The notes below the pieces were generated by a model. The model worked only from the letters and a program-made list of their open reading frames with translations. It was not told where the DNA came from and did no database searches. Source: an uncultured Chloroflexia bacterium (GTDB lineage: Bacteria; Chloroflexota; Limnocylindria; Limnocylindrales; CSP1-4). From it: 64,000 nucleotides of DNA. The stretch's first letter is position 1. Each line of letters starts with the position of its first letter. The stretch lies in assembly GCA_963819655.1 (NCBI GenBank), contig CAWFXA010000002.1:608001-672000 (forward strand), read 5' to 3'. Below, one piece after another: positions 19,531 through 28,578 of the stretch. The position numbers were made by a program, and so were the translations under genes.

Positions 19531-20016
19531 TCAGCCGGTCGGCACGCTCCGCCGCCAGGCGCGCGACTCCACGTCGCGCTCGGGGTTCCTGGTGATGCCG
19601 ATGCGCTGCAGGGCGGCGTCGATCTCCTCGCGATAGGGCTCGCCCTCTCCACGCTCCGCGAGCCACACGAGATAGCCCGGGTCGACGCGCGCGACCTCGC
19701 CGATCGACCAACCGAGATGGCGACCGAACTGGAGGACGCTGCCGGACGGCCGGCCGGGAGCCGGACCCGCGCCGCCCGTCCCGTCATGTGCCGGTGCAGG
19801 CGCCCGCGACGCCTCGTACTGTGCCCGCGCGTCGGCGGTCCGGATGGCCTCGAAGGCGGCATTGATGCGCATCATCCGCCGCGTCGCGCGATCGCCCGCG
19901 AGGTCGGGATGGTGGCGCCGCGCCAGTTGGCGGCGCGCCGCGGAGATCGTTTCATCGTCGGCGCCGCGAGCGACGCCGAGGACGAGGTAGGCGTCCTCAT
20001 CCGAGCGTTGAGCCAT
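19531..20016 (-). CDS. J-domain protein with C-terminal FGRH..W domain
   Basis: AYLVLGV...LARRHHPD...MMRINAAFE; VLQFGRHLGWSIGEVARVDPGYLVWL. Confidence 0.82.
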   Translation of the reverse strand: MAQRSDEDAYLVLGVARGADDETISAARRQLARRHHPDLAGDRATRRMMRINAAFEAIRTADARAQYEASRAPAPAHDGTGGAGPAPGRPSGSVLQFGRHLGWSIGEVARVDPGYLVWLAERGEGEPYREEIDAALQRIGITRNPERDVESRAWRRSVPTG

Positions 20017-20166
20017 CCGGGTGGCAATGCCCCCAAACTGCCCGGCGGCGCGGCTCGGACCACACCGGACCGGACTGGACCTCACTGTACCAACCCTGGC
20101 TCGGTCGCGTCAGGACCGCCGGAACCCTGGCCTCACGGCGCCGTCCCGTGTTTTCCCTGGCTCTTC

Positions 20167-20652
20167 TCAGCCGAGGCGAAAACCTCGCTTCCAGGGCGGC
20201 ACGGACTCCTCGCGGTCGACCGGCCGGCGCATCCTCGACCTGCCCAGGATGGCGTCGATCTCGGCGCGGTATGGCGAGCCTTCGGGCCGTTCGGAGAGCC
20301 ACGCAAGGTAGCCGGTATCGACGCGCGCGATCTCGCCGAGCGACCAGCCGATGTGGCGACCGAAGTCGAGCACACTGCCGGACGGCCGACCGGGCGGCCG
20401 ACCGGCGCCGCCGGTCCCGTCCTGCCTCCCGACCATGCGTCGAGCGCGGTCATATTCCACGCGTCGCTCCGCTGTCCGGAGAGCGTCGAACGCGGCGTTG
20501 ATGCGCATCATCCGCGCAGTCGCTCCATCCCCGGCCACGTCCGGATGATGTCGTCGTGCCAATCGGCGGTGTGCCCGTGCGACCGCACGATCATCTGCAT
20601 CGGACGAGACGCCCAGGACGACATATGCGTCGCCCTCGACCAGATCCAACAT
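20167..20652 (-). CDS. J-domain protein, tandem paralog
   Basis: AYVVLGV...LARRHHPD...MMRINAAFD; VLDFGRHIGWSLGEIARVDTGYLAWL. Confidence 0.82.
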   Translation of the reverse strand: MLDLVEGDAYVVLGVSSDADDRAVARAHRRLARRHHPDVAGDGATARMMRINAAFDALRTAERRVEYDRARRMVGRQDGTGGAGRPPGRPSGSVLDFGRHIGWSLGEIARVDTGYLAWLSERPEGSPYRAEIDAILGRSRMRRPVDREESVPPWKRGFRLG

Positions 20653-20781
20653 CGTATGGGACCCCCGAGAGGCAGTGCCCCGAGCACCACCGTGGATCGG
20701 ACTGTAATCGGCGGGTCGGCAGATCGAAAGGGGTACGGCCGAGGCTTCGGCGCGGCGGCGCACCGTAGACTTCGTCGAGCC

Positions 20782-21561
20782 ATGCCAAGCCTCGATGCAG
20801 AACGGATCTCGATCGTCGACGTGATCGACGAGACGTCGTTCGCCCTTCTGCCACCCTGCGCGGACCCGGGCTTCGATCACCGATCGTGCGACTACTGGGA
20901 GGATGCCGACCGCGGCTCGAAGTCGATCCGCCTGGACTGGCTCGAGCCGCCTGCAAGCGCGGCGAAACCGCCGACGGCCGCGAGCGCGAACCCGTTCCTC
21001 GCCGATGCCCGGGAACGGTCGGCCAACCCGTTCGCGCCAGGCGGTGGCGGTGGATCCAATCCGTTCCTGGCCGACGACGATGAGGCGGGCGACAATCCCT
21101 TCGCGCCCCGCCGCGCAACGAAACCGACCGTCAGTGCCGGCGCGCCTCCGAAGCTTCGTCTCCTGGGCCGCGGGCTGGCAGTCGTCGGCAGTTATGCCAA
21201 GGTCCTGCTCGTCGACGACGTCCCGGCCGCGTATTCGCAGTTCGGGCCTCTGTCCGCCTATCCGAGGGCGATGCGGACGCGCGAGCTGTATCCAGCCCTC
21301 CCGGATGCCCCCTTGCCGGCCGTCATCACCTGCATCGCGTCGACCCAGGCAGCCCGGGGCGCCGGCCTCGCCCGGGCCCTGATCGACGCCGTCTGTGACG
21401 ACCTCGGGCGGCGCGGTTTCGCGGCCGTGGAGACCTACCCGGAAATGGGCGCCCGACCCGACGCGACCAGTGCCGCTACGCCGGGCTTCTGGGAAACCGT
21501 CGGGTTCGCTGTTGCGGCGCCCGACGGCCGCTTCCCTGTCCTGCGACGCGAGCTCGGGTGA
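20782..21561 (+). CDS. GNAT-fold protein with NPF-repeat insertion
   Basis: ITCI...ARGAGLARALI...RGFAAVETYP...FWETVGF. Confidence 0.75.
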   Translation: MPSLDAERISIVDVIDETSFALLPPCADPGFDHRSCDYWEDADRGSKSIRLDWLEPPASAAKPPTAASANPFLADARERSANPFAPGGGGGSNPFLADDDEAGDNPFAPRRATKPTVSAGAPPKLRLLGRGLAVVGSYAKVLLVDDVPAAYSQFGPLSAYPRAMRTRELYPALPDAPLPAVITCIASTQAARGAGLARALIDAVCDDLGRRGFAAVETYPEMGARPDATSAATPGFWETVGFAVAAPDGRFPVLRRELG

Positions 21562-22187
21562 GAGCTCTCCCCCGGCCACGCGCGTGGCTCCTCGCGGGTC
21601 TCGTTGCGACGGCCACCGTCGCAACCGGATGCATCCCGCCCCGGCCATCCCCGACCCCGGCGCCGGAGCCCGCGAGCACACCCACCCCGACCGTCCCGCA
21701 GGCCACGGCCAGCGCCGCCGTGTCGGGTTTGGTGGTGGACCCAGCGCTGCTCGATCTGCTGCCTCCCGACGTCGATGGCGTGGCCTTGAACCCGGACCCC
21801 GATACGGCCGCTGAGATCGCGGCCGATGGCACGATCGGGCTGTTCGTGTCGGCGATCGCGCTGGCCGCGGCCTTCGGCCCGATCGCGACGGATGCAGCCG
21901 CCGACTACGTCGTGGTGACGGTCGCGCGACTCAAGCCCGGTACCTTTGATGAGCTCTTCTTCCGTGGCTGGCGCGACACATTCGATGCGGCCGTGTGCGA
22001 GCAGGCGGGCGGCGTCAGCGGCCACGCCGAGAGCGACATTTCCGGCCATCACACGCACATCGGCACGTGCGTGGGCGGCGTCCACACCTATCACGTCCAC
22101 CTACCGGCCAGCGACGTCATCGTCTCGATGCAGGGCATCGGGGAGGGCCGCTACGGAGAGCGCGTCGTGGCCGGGCTGGCGGAGTAG
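21558..22187 (+). CDS. putative lipoprotein
   Basis: Lipobox ATGC, Pro/Thr linker; start overlaps GNAT stop. Confidence 0.65.
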   Translation: MRALPRPRAWLLAGLVATATVATGCIPPRPSPTPAPEPASTPTPTVPQATASAAVSGLVVDPALLDLLPPDVDGVALNPDPDTAAEIAADGTIGLFVSAIALAAAFGPIATDAAADYVVVTVARLKPGTFDELFFRGWRDTFDAAVCEQAGGVSGHAESDISGHHTHIGTCVGGVHTYHVHLPASDVIVSMQGIGEGRYGERVVAGLAE

Positions 22188-22196
22188 CCTGAGCCG

Positions 22197-23867
22197 ATGA
22201 CGACGACCAGCGGACCGCGACTGGTCCGCGCGCCACGCGGCCCCGAGCTGACCTGCCGCGGCTGGGCGCAGGAAGCGGCGCTGCGCATGCTGATGAACAA
22301 CCTGGACCCCGAGGTGGCCGAGGATCCCGATCACCTCGTCGTCTACGGCGGGACCGGGAAGGCGGCGCGGAGCTGGGAGGCGTTCGACGCGATCGTGCGC
22401 GAGCTGCGTGCCCTCGCGGACGATGAGACGCTCCTGGTGCAGAGCGGCAAGCCCGTCGGCGTCGTGCGGACCCACGAATGGGCCCCGCGGGTGCTCATCG
22501 CGAACTCGAACCTCGTCGGCAAGTGGGCCACCTGGGAGGTGTTCCGCGAGCTCGAGCAGGCAGGCCTGATGATGTACGGCCAGATGACGGCCGGCTCCTG
22601 GATCTACATCGGGACGCAGGGCATCCTGCAAGGCACATACGAGACGTTCGCCGAGGCGGCGCGCCAGCATTTCGGCGGCTCGTTGCGCGGGACCGTCACG
22701 CTCACCGCGGGCCTCGGCGGCATGGGCGGCGCCCAGCCCCTGGCGGTGACGATGAACGAGGGCGTCTGCCTGGCGATCGAGGTCGACGAGGCGCGCGCGC
22801 GACGGCGGGTGGAGATCGGCTACGTCGATCGGTTGACCCACGATCCGGGCGAGGCGCTCCGTTGGGCGCGCGCCGCCGCCGCCGACGGCGAGGCGGTGTC
22901 GATCGCGCTCGTCGGGAACGCCGCCGAGATCGAGCCGGCCTGGGCTGCGGCCGGGGAGCGGTTCGACATCGTCACCGACCAGACCTCTGCGCATGACGCC
23001 CTTGGTGGGTACGTGCCGGCGGAGATCGGCCTCGCCGATGCGTCGACCCTGCGCGCGACCCAGCCCGACGAATACCAGCGCCGGTCCCGCGCGGCCATGG
23101 CCGCACACGTACGGGCGATGCTCGCGTTCCAGCGCGCGGGCGCGGTCGTCTTCGACTATGGCAACAACCTTCGGGCCCAGGCGCAAGAGGCGGGTGTCGC
23201 CGACGCGTTCGACTACCCCGGTTTCGTGCCCGCCTTCATCCGGCCCCAGTTCTGCGAGGGCCGTGGCCCGTTCCGCTGGGCGGCGCTGTCCGGCGATCCT
23301 GCCGACATCGCCCGCACGGACCGCGCGGTCCTGGAGTTGTTCCCCGACGACGCCGGTCTGCGCCGCTGGATCGAGATGGCGCAGGCACGCGTCCCGTTCC
23401 AGGGCCTGCCCGCGCGGATCTGCTGGCTCGGCTATGGCGAGCGGTCGCGCGCGGGCCTCGCCTTCAACGAGCTGGTCGCCGCGGGCGAGGTCAGCGCACC
23501 GATCGTCATTGGACGCGATCATCTCGACGCGGGCTCGGTCGCCTCCCCGAACCGTGAGACCGAGGCGATGGCCGACGGCACCGACGCGGTGGCCGACTGG
23601 CCGCTTCTCAACGCGTTGGTCAACACGGCGGCCGGCGCGTCATGGGTGTCGATCCACCATGGCGGCGGGGTCGGCATCGGCTATTCGCAGCACGCCGGGA
23701 TGGTCGTCGTCGCGGACGGCACGCCGCTCGCCGCCCAAAAGCTCGAGCGGGTGCTGACCACGGACCCCGCGATGGGCGTGCTGCGGCACGTCGACGCGGG
23801 CTACGAGCGGGCGATCGAGGTCGCCCGCGAACGGGGGGTCCGCGCCCCGATGCTCGAGGAGGGTTGA
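22197..23867 (+). CDS. hutU: urocanate hydratase
   Basis: [45 protein letters not shown]. Confidence 0.98.
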   Translation: MTTTSGPRLVRAPRGPELTCRGWAQEAALRMLMNNLDPEVAEDPDHLVVYGGTGKAARSWEAFDAIVRELRALADDETLLVQSGKPVGVVRTHEWAPRVLIANSNLVGKWATWEVFRELEQAGLMMYGQMTAGSWIYIGTQGILQGTYETFAEAARQHFGGSLRGTVTLTAGLGGMGGAQPLAVTMNEGVCLAIEVDEARARRRVEIGYVDRLTHDPGEALRWARAAAADGEAVSIALVGNAAEIEPAWAAAGERFDIVTDQTSAHDALGGYVPAEIGLADASTLRATQPDEYQRRSRAAMAAHVRAMLAFQRAGAVVFDYGNNLRAQAQEAGVADAFDYPGFVPAFIRPQFCEGRGPFRWAALSGDPADIARTDRAVLELFPDDAGLRRWIEMAQARVPFQGLPARICWLGYGERSRAGLAFNELVAAGEVSAPIVIGRDHLDAGSVASPNRETEAMADGTDAVADWPLLNALVNTAAGASWVSIHHGGGVGIGYSQHAGMVVVADGTPLAAQKLERVLTTDPAMGVLRHVDAGYERAIEVARERGVRAPMLEEG

Positions 23868-23944
23868 CCGCCCGTTCACCGAGGCCGCCATCCGCGTCAC
23901 GAAATGACCACCTGACGGGCGGGGAGTCGGACTAGCATCAACGG

Positions 23945-24955
23945 GTGCTGGTCGAGTCCGTCCCGAACGTGTCCGAAGGCCGCCGGCTCGACGTGATCGA
24001 CCGGCTGGCCGAGGCCATTTCGTCGGTGCCCGGCGCCGCGCTTCTCGATCGGACGAGCGACGCGAGTCATAACCGGTCGGTCTTCACCATCGCCGGTGAG
24101 CACGAGGCGGTCACGACCGCCCTCGAGCGCCTGGTCGGCGCTGCGATCCACGAGATCGACATGGACTCCCATGAGGGCGAGCACCCGCGTATCGGAGCGG
24201 TCGATGTCATCCCGTTCATCCCGCTCGGGACGACGACCATGGACGCCGTCATCGATCTCGCGCGCGACTTCGGCGAGCGGATCGCCTCACGTTTCGAGCT
24301 GCCGGTGTACCTCTATGCCGAGGCCGCGTTCCGGTCCGACCGCGAGCGCCTGGCCGACGTGCGCCGAGGTCAGTACGAGGGCCTCAAGGCGGAGATCGAC
24401 CAGCGCGGGCGCGAGCCGGACATCGGGCCGCCCCGCCTCCACCCGTCGGCCGGGGCGGTCGCGGTCGGCGCCAGGCCGTTCCTGATCGCCTACAACATCA
24501 ACCTCGATTCTGACGACGTCGACCTGGCCAGGCGCATCGCGCGTCGCGTGCGAGAGTCAGGTGGTGGGTTGCCGAAGCTCCAGGCCAACGGGTTCGAGGT
24601 CCGTGAGCCCGAACGCGGCCACCCGCTCCGGGCCCAGGTGTCGATGAACCTGCTCGACTTCGCGGTGACGCCGCTCTGGCTGGCCTGGGACGCGGTGCGC
24701 GACCTGGCCGCCGAGGACGGCGTCCGCCCGGCCGAATCCGAGCTCATCGGGCTGGCGCCCGCCGCATCGTTCCTGGCCGTCGCCGACCACGCGGGAACGC
24801 CTCCGGACGAGCCGATCGAGGCGCGTCTGGCCGCCGCCGCGGGGTACCTCAAGCTGCGCGACTACTCCCCGATGCAGATCCTCGAGCTGCGGCTCCATGC
24901 AGCGCGCGGGGGAGCCGGTGCGATCTCGACGGGCGAGGGTCCCCGTCCGTCGTGA
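23945..24955 (+). CDS. ftcD: glutamate formimidoyltransferase
   Basis: LVESVPNVSEGRR, D.SHNRSV, HEGEHPRIGAVDVIPF, GARPFLIAYNINL, QVSMNL. Confidence 0.93.
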   Translation: MLVESVPNVSEGRRLDVIDRLAEAISSVPGAALLDRTSDASHNRSVFTIAGEHEAVTTALERLVGAAIHEIDMDSHEGEHPRIGAVDVIPFIPLGTTTMDAVIDLARDFGERIASRFELPVYLYAEAAFRSDRERLADVRRGQYEGLKAEIDQRGREPDIGPPRLHPSAGAVAVGARPFLIAYNINLDSDDVDLARRIARRVRESGGGLPKLQANGFEVREPERGHPLRAQVSMNLLDFAVTPLWLAWDAVRDLAAEDGVRPAESELIGLAPAASFLAVADHAGTPPDEPIEARLAAAAGYLKLRDYSPMQILELRLHAARGGAGAISTGEGPRPS

Positions 24956-26316
24956 GCAGCGGGCCATTCCGGGTCATCGAGGGCGGCCGGACCGGCGAGC
25001 CGACGCCCGGCCTGCTCATCGTCGGCGCACAGGAGATCGCGACGCTGGAAGGGGGCGTCCGGCGCGGAGCGGAGCAGGGCGAGATCGGCCGGTTGGTGGC
25101 CGACGACCCCGCCTCGCCGGAGGCGCCGGCGGTCGCGGTCTGGGAGGGCCGGGTCGCCGGGGTCGGGCAGCGTGCCTCGGTCGAGGCTGCGCTGGTGGCC
25201 GACGGCCTGCCGCTCGCGCGTTTCGCGCGCATCGACGCGGCCGGCGGATCGGTCACGCCCGGGCTGGTCGACCCACACACGCACTTGCTGTTCGCGGGCT
25301 CGCGCGAGGACGAGCTCGTGCTCCGTCAGCAAGGCGCCACGTACCTCGACATCCTGGCCGCGGGTGGCGGGATCCTTTCGACGGTCGCCGCGACGCGAGC
25401 CGCGTCCGAGGCGGCGCTGCTCACCCACGGCCGCAGGTGGCTCGACGAGATGCTCACGCATGGCGTCACGACGATCGAGGCGAAGTCCGGCTACGGGCTC
25501 GACCTCGAGACCGAGCTCCGACTCGTCGAGATCGCCTATCGGCTCGGGCGCGAGGGGCCGATCGACGTCGTGCCGACATGGCTGGGCGCCCACGCGGTCC
25601 CGCCCGAGTTCCGCACGCGACCGGACGGGACCGAGGCATACGTCCGGCACCTGCTCGACGAACAATTGCCCGGGATCGCCGCCCACGGGCGGGCGCGGTA
25701 CGCCGACGTCTTCTGCGAGACCGGGGTGTTCAGCGCAGATCAGTCGCGGCGGGTGCTCGAGGCGGCCCGCGCATTCGGCCTGCTGCCGCGCCTCCATGCC
25801 GACGAGCTCGCGCCATCGGGCGGCGCGGAGCTCGCCGCGGAGCTTGGGGCCGCATCGGCCGACCACCTCGCCACCCCGTCGCTCGAGGGGATCGCCGCGA
25901 TGGGCGCCGCGGCCGACGACGGCGAGCCCGTGGTCGCCACGCTCCTGCCGGTCACGACCTGGTTCCTCATGAAGGACCACCACGCGCCGGCCAGGGCGTT
26001 CATCCAGGCCGGTGTGCCGGTCGCGATCGGCACCGACTTCAACCCGGGCACCTCACCCACACCGAACCTGACGCTTGCGATGTCGTTCGCGAGCGTCAAC
26101 CTCGGGATGTCGCCCGACGAGGTCCTGGCCGCGGTGACCATCAATGCGGCGCGGGCCCTGGGGCTGGAGGACGAGATCGGCTCGATCGAGGTCGGCAAGG
26201 TGGCCGACTTGGTGATCTGGCGAGTACCGACCAGCGCGCGGATCCCCTATCACCCAGGCGCGGACCTGGCGCGCACGGTGATCAAACGCGGCCGCATCGT
26301 GTTGGACAGACCCTAG
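24952..26316 (+). CDS. hutI: imidazolonepropionase
   Basis: PGLVDPHTH, GGGILSTV, EAKSGYGL, LHADEL, TDFNPGTS. Confidence 0.96.
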   Translation: MSSGPFRVIEGGRTGEPTPGLLIVGAQEIATLEGGVRRGAEQGEIGRLVADDPASPEAPAVAVWEGRVAGVGQRASVEAALVADGLPLARFARIDAAGGSVTPGLVDPHTHLLFAGSREDELVLRQQGATYLDILAAGGGILSTVAATRAASEAALLTHGRRWLDEMLTHGVTTIEAKSGYGLDLETELRLVEIAYRLGREGPIDVVPTWLGAHAVPPEFRTRPDGTEAYVRHLLDEQLPGIAAHGRARYADVFCETGVFSADQSRRVLEAARAFGLLPRLHADELAPSGGAELAAELGAASADHLATPSLEGIAAMGAAADDGEPVVATLLPVTTWFLMKDHHAPARAFIQAGVPVAIGTDFNPGTSPTPNLTLAMSFASVNLGMSPDEVLAAVTINAARALGLEDEIGSIEVGKVADLVIWRVPTSARIPYHPGADLARTVIKRGRIVLDRP

Positions 26317-26329
26317 AGCTCGTAACGGC

Positions 26330-27010
26330 TCAGGCCTGCTTGCCGCGCGACTCCAGGAGGACGGTCACGGTCTCGACCGGCAGGCTCGACGCCGTCACCG
26401 ACAGCTTCGGCTGCGTCACCGGCTCGGCCCCCATCTCGTGGAAGAACTTGGCGAGCACCTCGGCGCAGTCCTTGTCGTCCTCGCACAACGGCATCGGGAC
26501 GACGATCTTCGGGTCGAGCTGCGCCATCAGCGCCGCGGCCTTGGTCGGGCTCAGCGCACCGCCGAGCGGCACGCAGGCGATATCCACCGGGCCGATGTCG
26601 CCGATCTTCTCCTCGGACAACAGGTGTCCGATCTCGCCCAGGTGGATGGTGTGGATCCCGTCGACCTCGACCACGAACGAGACGCCCTTGCCGTTCTCCG
26701 CCCCACGCGCATCGTCGCGGTAGGTACGAACGCCGGTGACGAGGACCTCCTTGACTTCGTACTCGCCCGGGCCGTCGAGGACGAACGCCTGATCGAGGCT
26801 CGAGGGGACCAGCGTCGTGCCGTCCCGGGACACCTTGCCCTTCGGCTTGCCGCGGGCGACCGGTGCGTCGTCGGCATGGCTGAACGTGACGACGTCGCCC
26901 GTGATCCCGCGGCCGGTCGGCCCGACCACCGACTGATACGGGTCCGCCACGACGACCGCGTCCTTGCCACGCAACCGGACGCAGGTCCGGCCATACCACG
27001 TCACTTCCAT
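26330..27010 (-). CDS. MBL-fold protein with degenerate metal motifs
   Basis: MEVTWYG..C, DPY, GPGEYEVK, HLGEIGH. Confidence 0.82.
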   Translation of the reverse strand: MEVTWYGRTCVRLRGKDAVVVADPYQSVVGPTGRGITGDVVTFSHADDAPVARGKPKGKVSRDGTTLVPSSLDQAFVLDGPGEYEVKEVLVTGVRTYRDDARGAENGKGVSFVVEVDGIHTIHLGEIGHLLSEEKIGDIGPVDIACVPLGGALSPTKAAALMAQLDPKIVVPMPLCEDDKDCAEVLAKFFHEMGAEPVTQPKLSVTASSLPVETVTVLLESRGKQA

Positions 27011-27108
27011 CGGGCCGATTCTGACATAGCACCATGCACGGGCGCTCAAACCTCGGGCCGATGGGGTCGGGGAGCTCCCCCTCGGACCTCGGTGGAGCGA
27101 GTGCCACC

Positions 27109-27187
27109 AACAGAAAGACCGGGAGCGCCTGCCCAATCGGCGCCCCCGGTCGGAGGGAGGGAGGATGGAACCCTGAGGGTTCGTCCG
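27109..27187 (-). ncRNA. candidate ~80-nt sRNA with CCUCCCUCCCUCC segment and intrinsic terminator
   Basis: -10 TAGCGT at 27194-27199, hairpin GAACCC/GGGTTC, CU-rich linker, long GC stem followed by UUUCUGUU. Confidence 0.5.
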
Positions 27188-27294
27188 ATCGCTACGCTAC
27201 GGCGCCCTGATTCACGGTCGAGCCGTGAAGCGGTTAAGAAAGCGACATCGAGCCCGTTCCGGGCGCGAAACCCGGAGCGTGTGACAATCCGGCG

Positions 27295-28572
27295 ATGAGC
27301 CGACCATCCCGTCTTTCACCGATCGCCCTCGCCGCCGTCACGGCCCTCATCATCGCGGCGTGCGGCAACGCGGCCCCGTCCGCGTCGCCGACCGCGACGC
27401 CTGCGCCCTCGCCGTCGACGGCAGCGTCGCCGACCCCGGCCGGCTCGGCCGATGTCGACGCCGTCTACGCCGAGATCAACGAGCAGGTCCGCGCGATCCG
27501 CGGCCTCGACGAGAAGAAGCCGATCGCGCCGACGATCGTCTCGCCCGAGGAGCTGTCGGCCGTCATCCGGACGACGTTCGATCAGGACTACCCACCGGAG
27601 CAGGTCGCTGCGGACGAGATGCTCTACAAGGGCCTCGGGCTGATCGCCATGGACGCGGATCTCGGCGCGATCTTCGTCGACCTCCTCGAGAGCCAGGTCG
27701 CCGGGCTGTATGACCCCGTCAACGACAAGCTGTACGTCCTCTCGAAGGAAGGCGGCGTTGGTCCCGTCGAGAAGGTCTATTACTCGCACGAGTACGACCA
27801 CGCCCTCCAGGACCAGCACTTCGATCTCCAGGCGATGACCGAGGGCCTCGAGGGTCAGACCGACCGGCTCCTGGCCCACCAGGCGAGCGTCGAGGGTGAT
27901 GCGTACCTCCTCATGACGTACTGGCTCCAGCAGCACCTGAGCCCGGCCGAGATCGGTGAGGTCATCCAGGCGTCCAGCGATCCTGAGCTGCAGGCTGCGC
28001 TCAACCAGATCCCGGCGATCGTGCAGGCGCAGATCCTGTTCGCGGCGACCGAGGGCACGCAGTTCGCGCTGCAGGCGCAGCTGTCCGGTGGCTGGCCGGC
28101 CATCGATGCGGTCCTTGGTGACCTGCCCGCATCGACCGAACAGATCAAGCATCCCGAGAAGTACGCGAGCCGCGAGGCGCCGATCGAGGTCGACCTGCCG
28201 AACGACCTGGCGTCGCGCATGGGCACCGGCTGGTCGGTCGTGCAGGAGAACACCATGGGCGAGCACCAGACCTCGATCTGGCTGGGCTCCCCGACAGTCG
28301 CCGCGGCGAAGGATGCGGCGGCTGGCTGGGGCGGTGATCGGATCGCGGTCCTCGGCGGACCGAACGAGACGTGGGCGATCGCCTGGCAGACCGTCTGGGA
28401 CACGCCCGCGGACGCCGCGGAATTCGAGGTCACGGCGGACGCGGCGGTCGCGAAAGCGGGCGGCCCGGGCGCGGTCCTCCCGGGTGTTGGCGGCCCGACC
28501 CGGTGGGTCGTGATCGGCAGCGATGACGCGACCCTTGCCAAGGTCGCCAACGTGCTCGGCCTCGCGGGCTGA
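27295..28572 (+). CDS. lipoprotein with zincin-like HExxH motif
   Basis: Lipobox IAAC; SHEYDHALQDQHF...EGDA. Confidence 0.75.
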   Translation: MSRPSRLSPIALAAVTALIIAACGNAAPSASPTATPAPSPSTAASPTPAGSADVDAVYAEINEQVRAIRGLDEKKPIAPTIVSPEELSAVIRTTFDQDYPPEQVAADEMLYKGLGLIAMDADLGAIFVDLLESQVAGLYDPVNDKLYVLSKEGGVGPVEKVYYSHEYDHALQDQHFDLQAMTEGLEGQTDRLLAHQASVEGDAYLLMTYWLQQHLSPAEIGEVIQASSDPELQAALNQIPAIVQAQILFAATEGTQFALQAQLSGGWPAIDAVLGDLPASTEQIKHPEKYASREAPIEVDLPNDLASRMGTGWSVVQENTMGEHQTSIWLGSPTVAAAKDAAAGWGGDRIAVLGGPNETWAIAWQTVWDTPADAAEFEVTADAAVAKAGGPGAVLPGVGGPTRWVVIGSDDATLAKVANVLGLAG

Positions 28573-28578
28573 CCCGGC

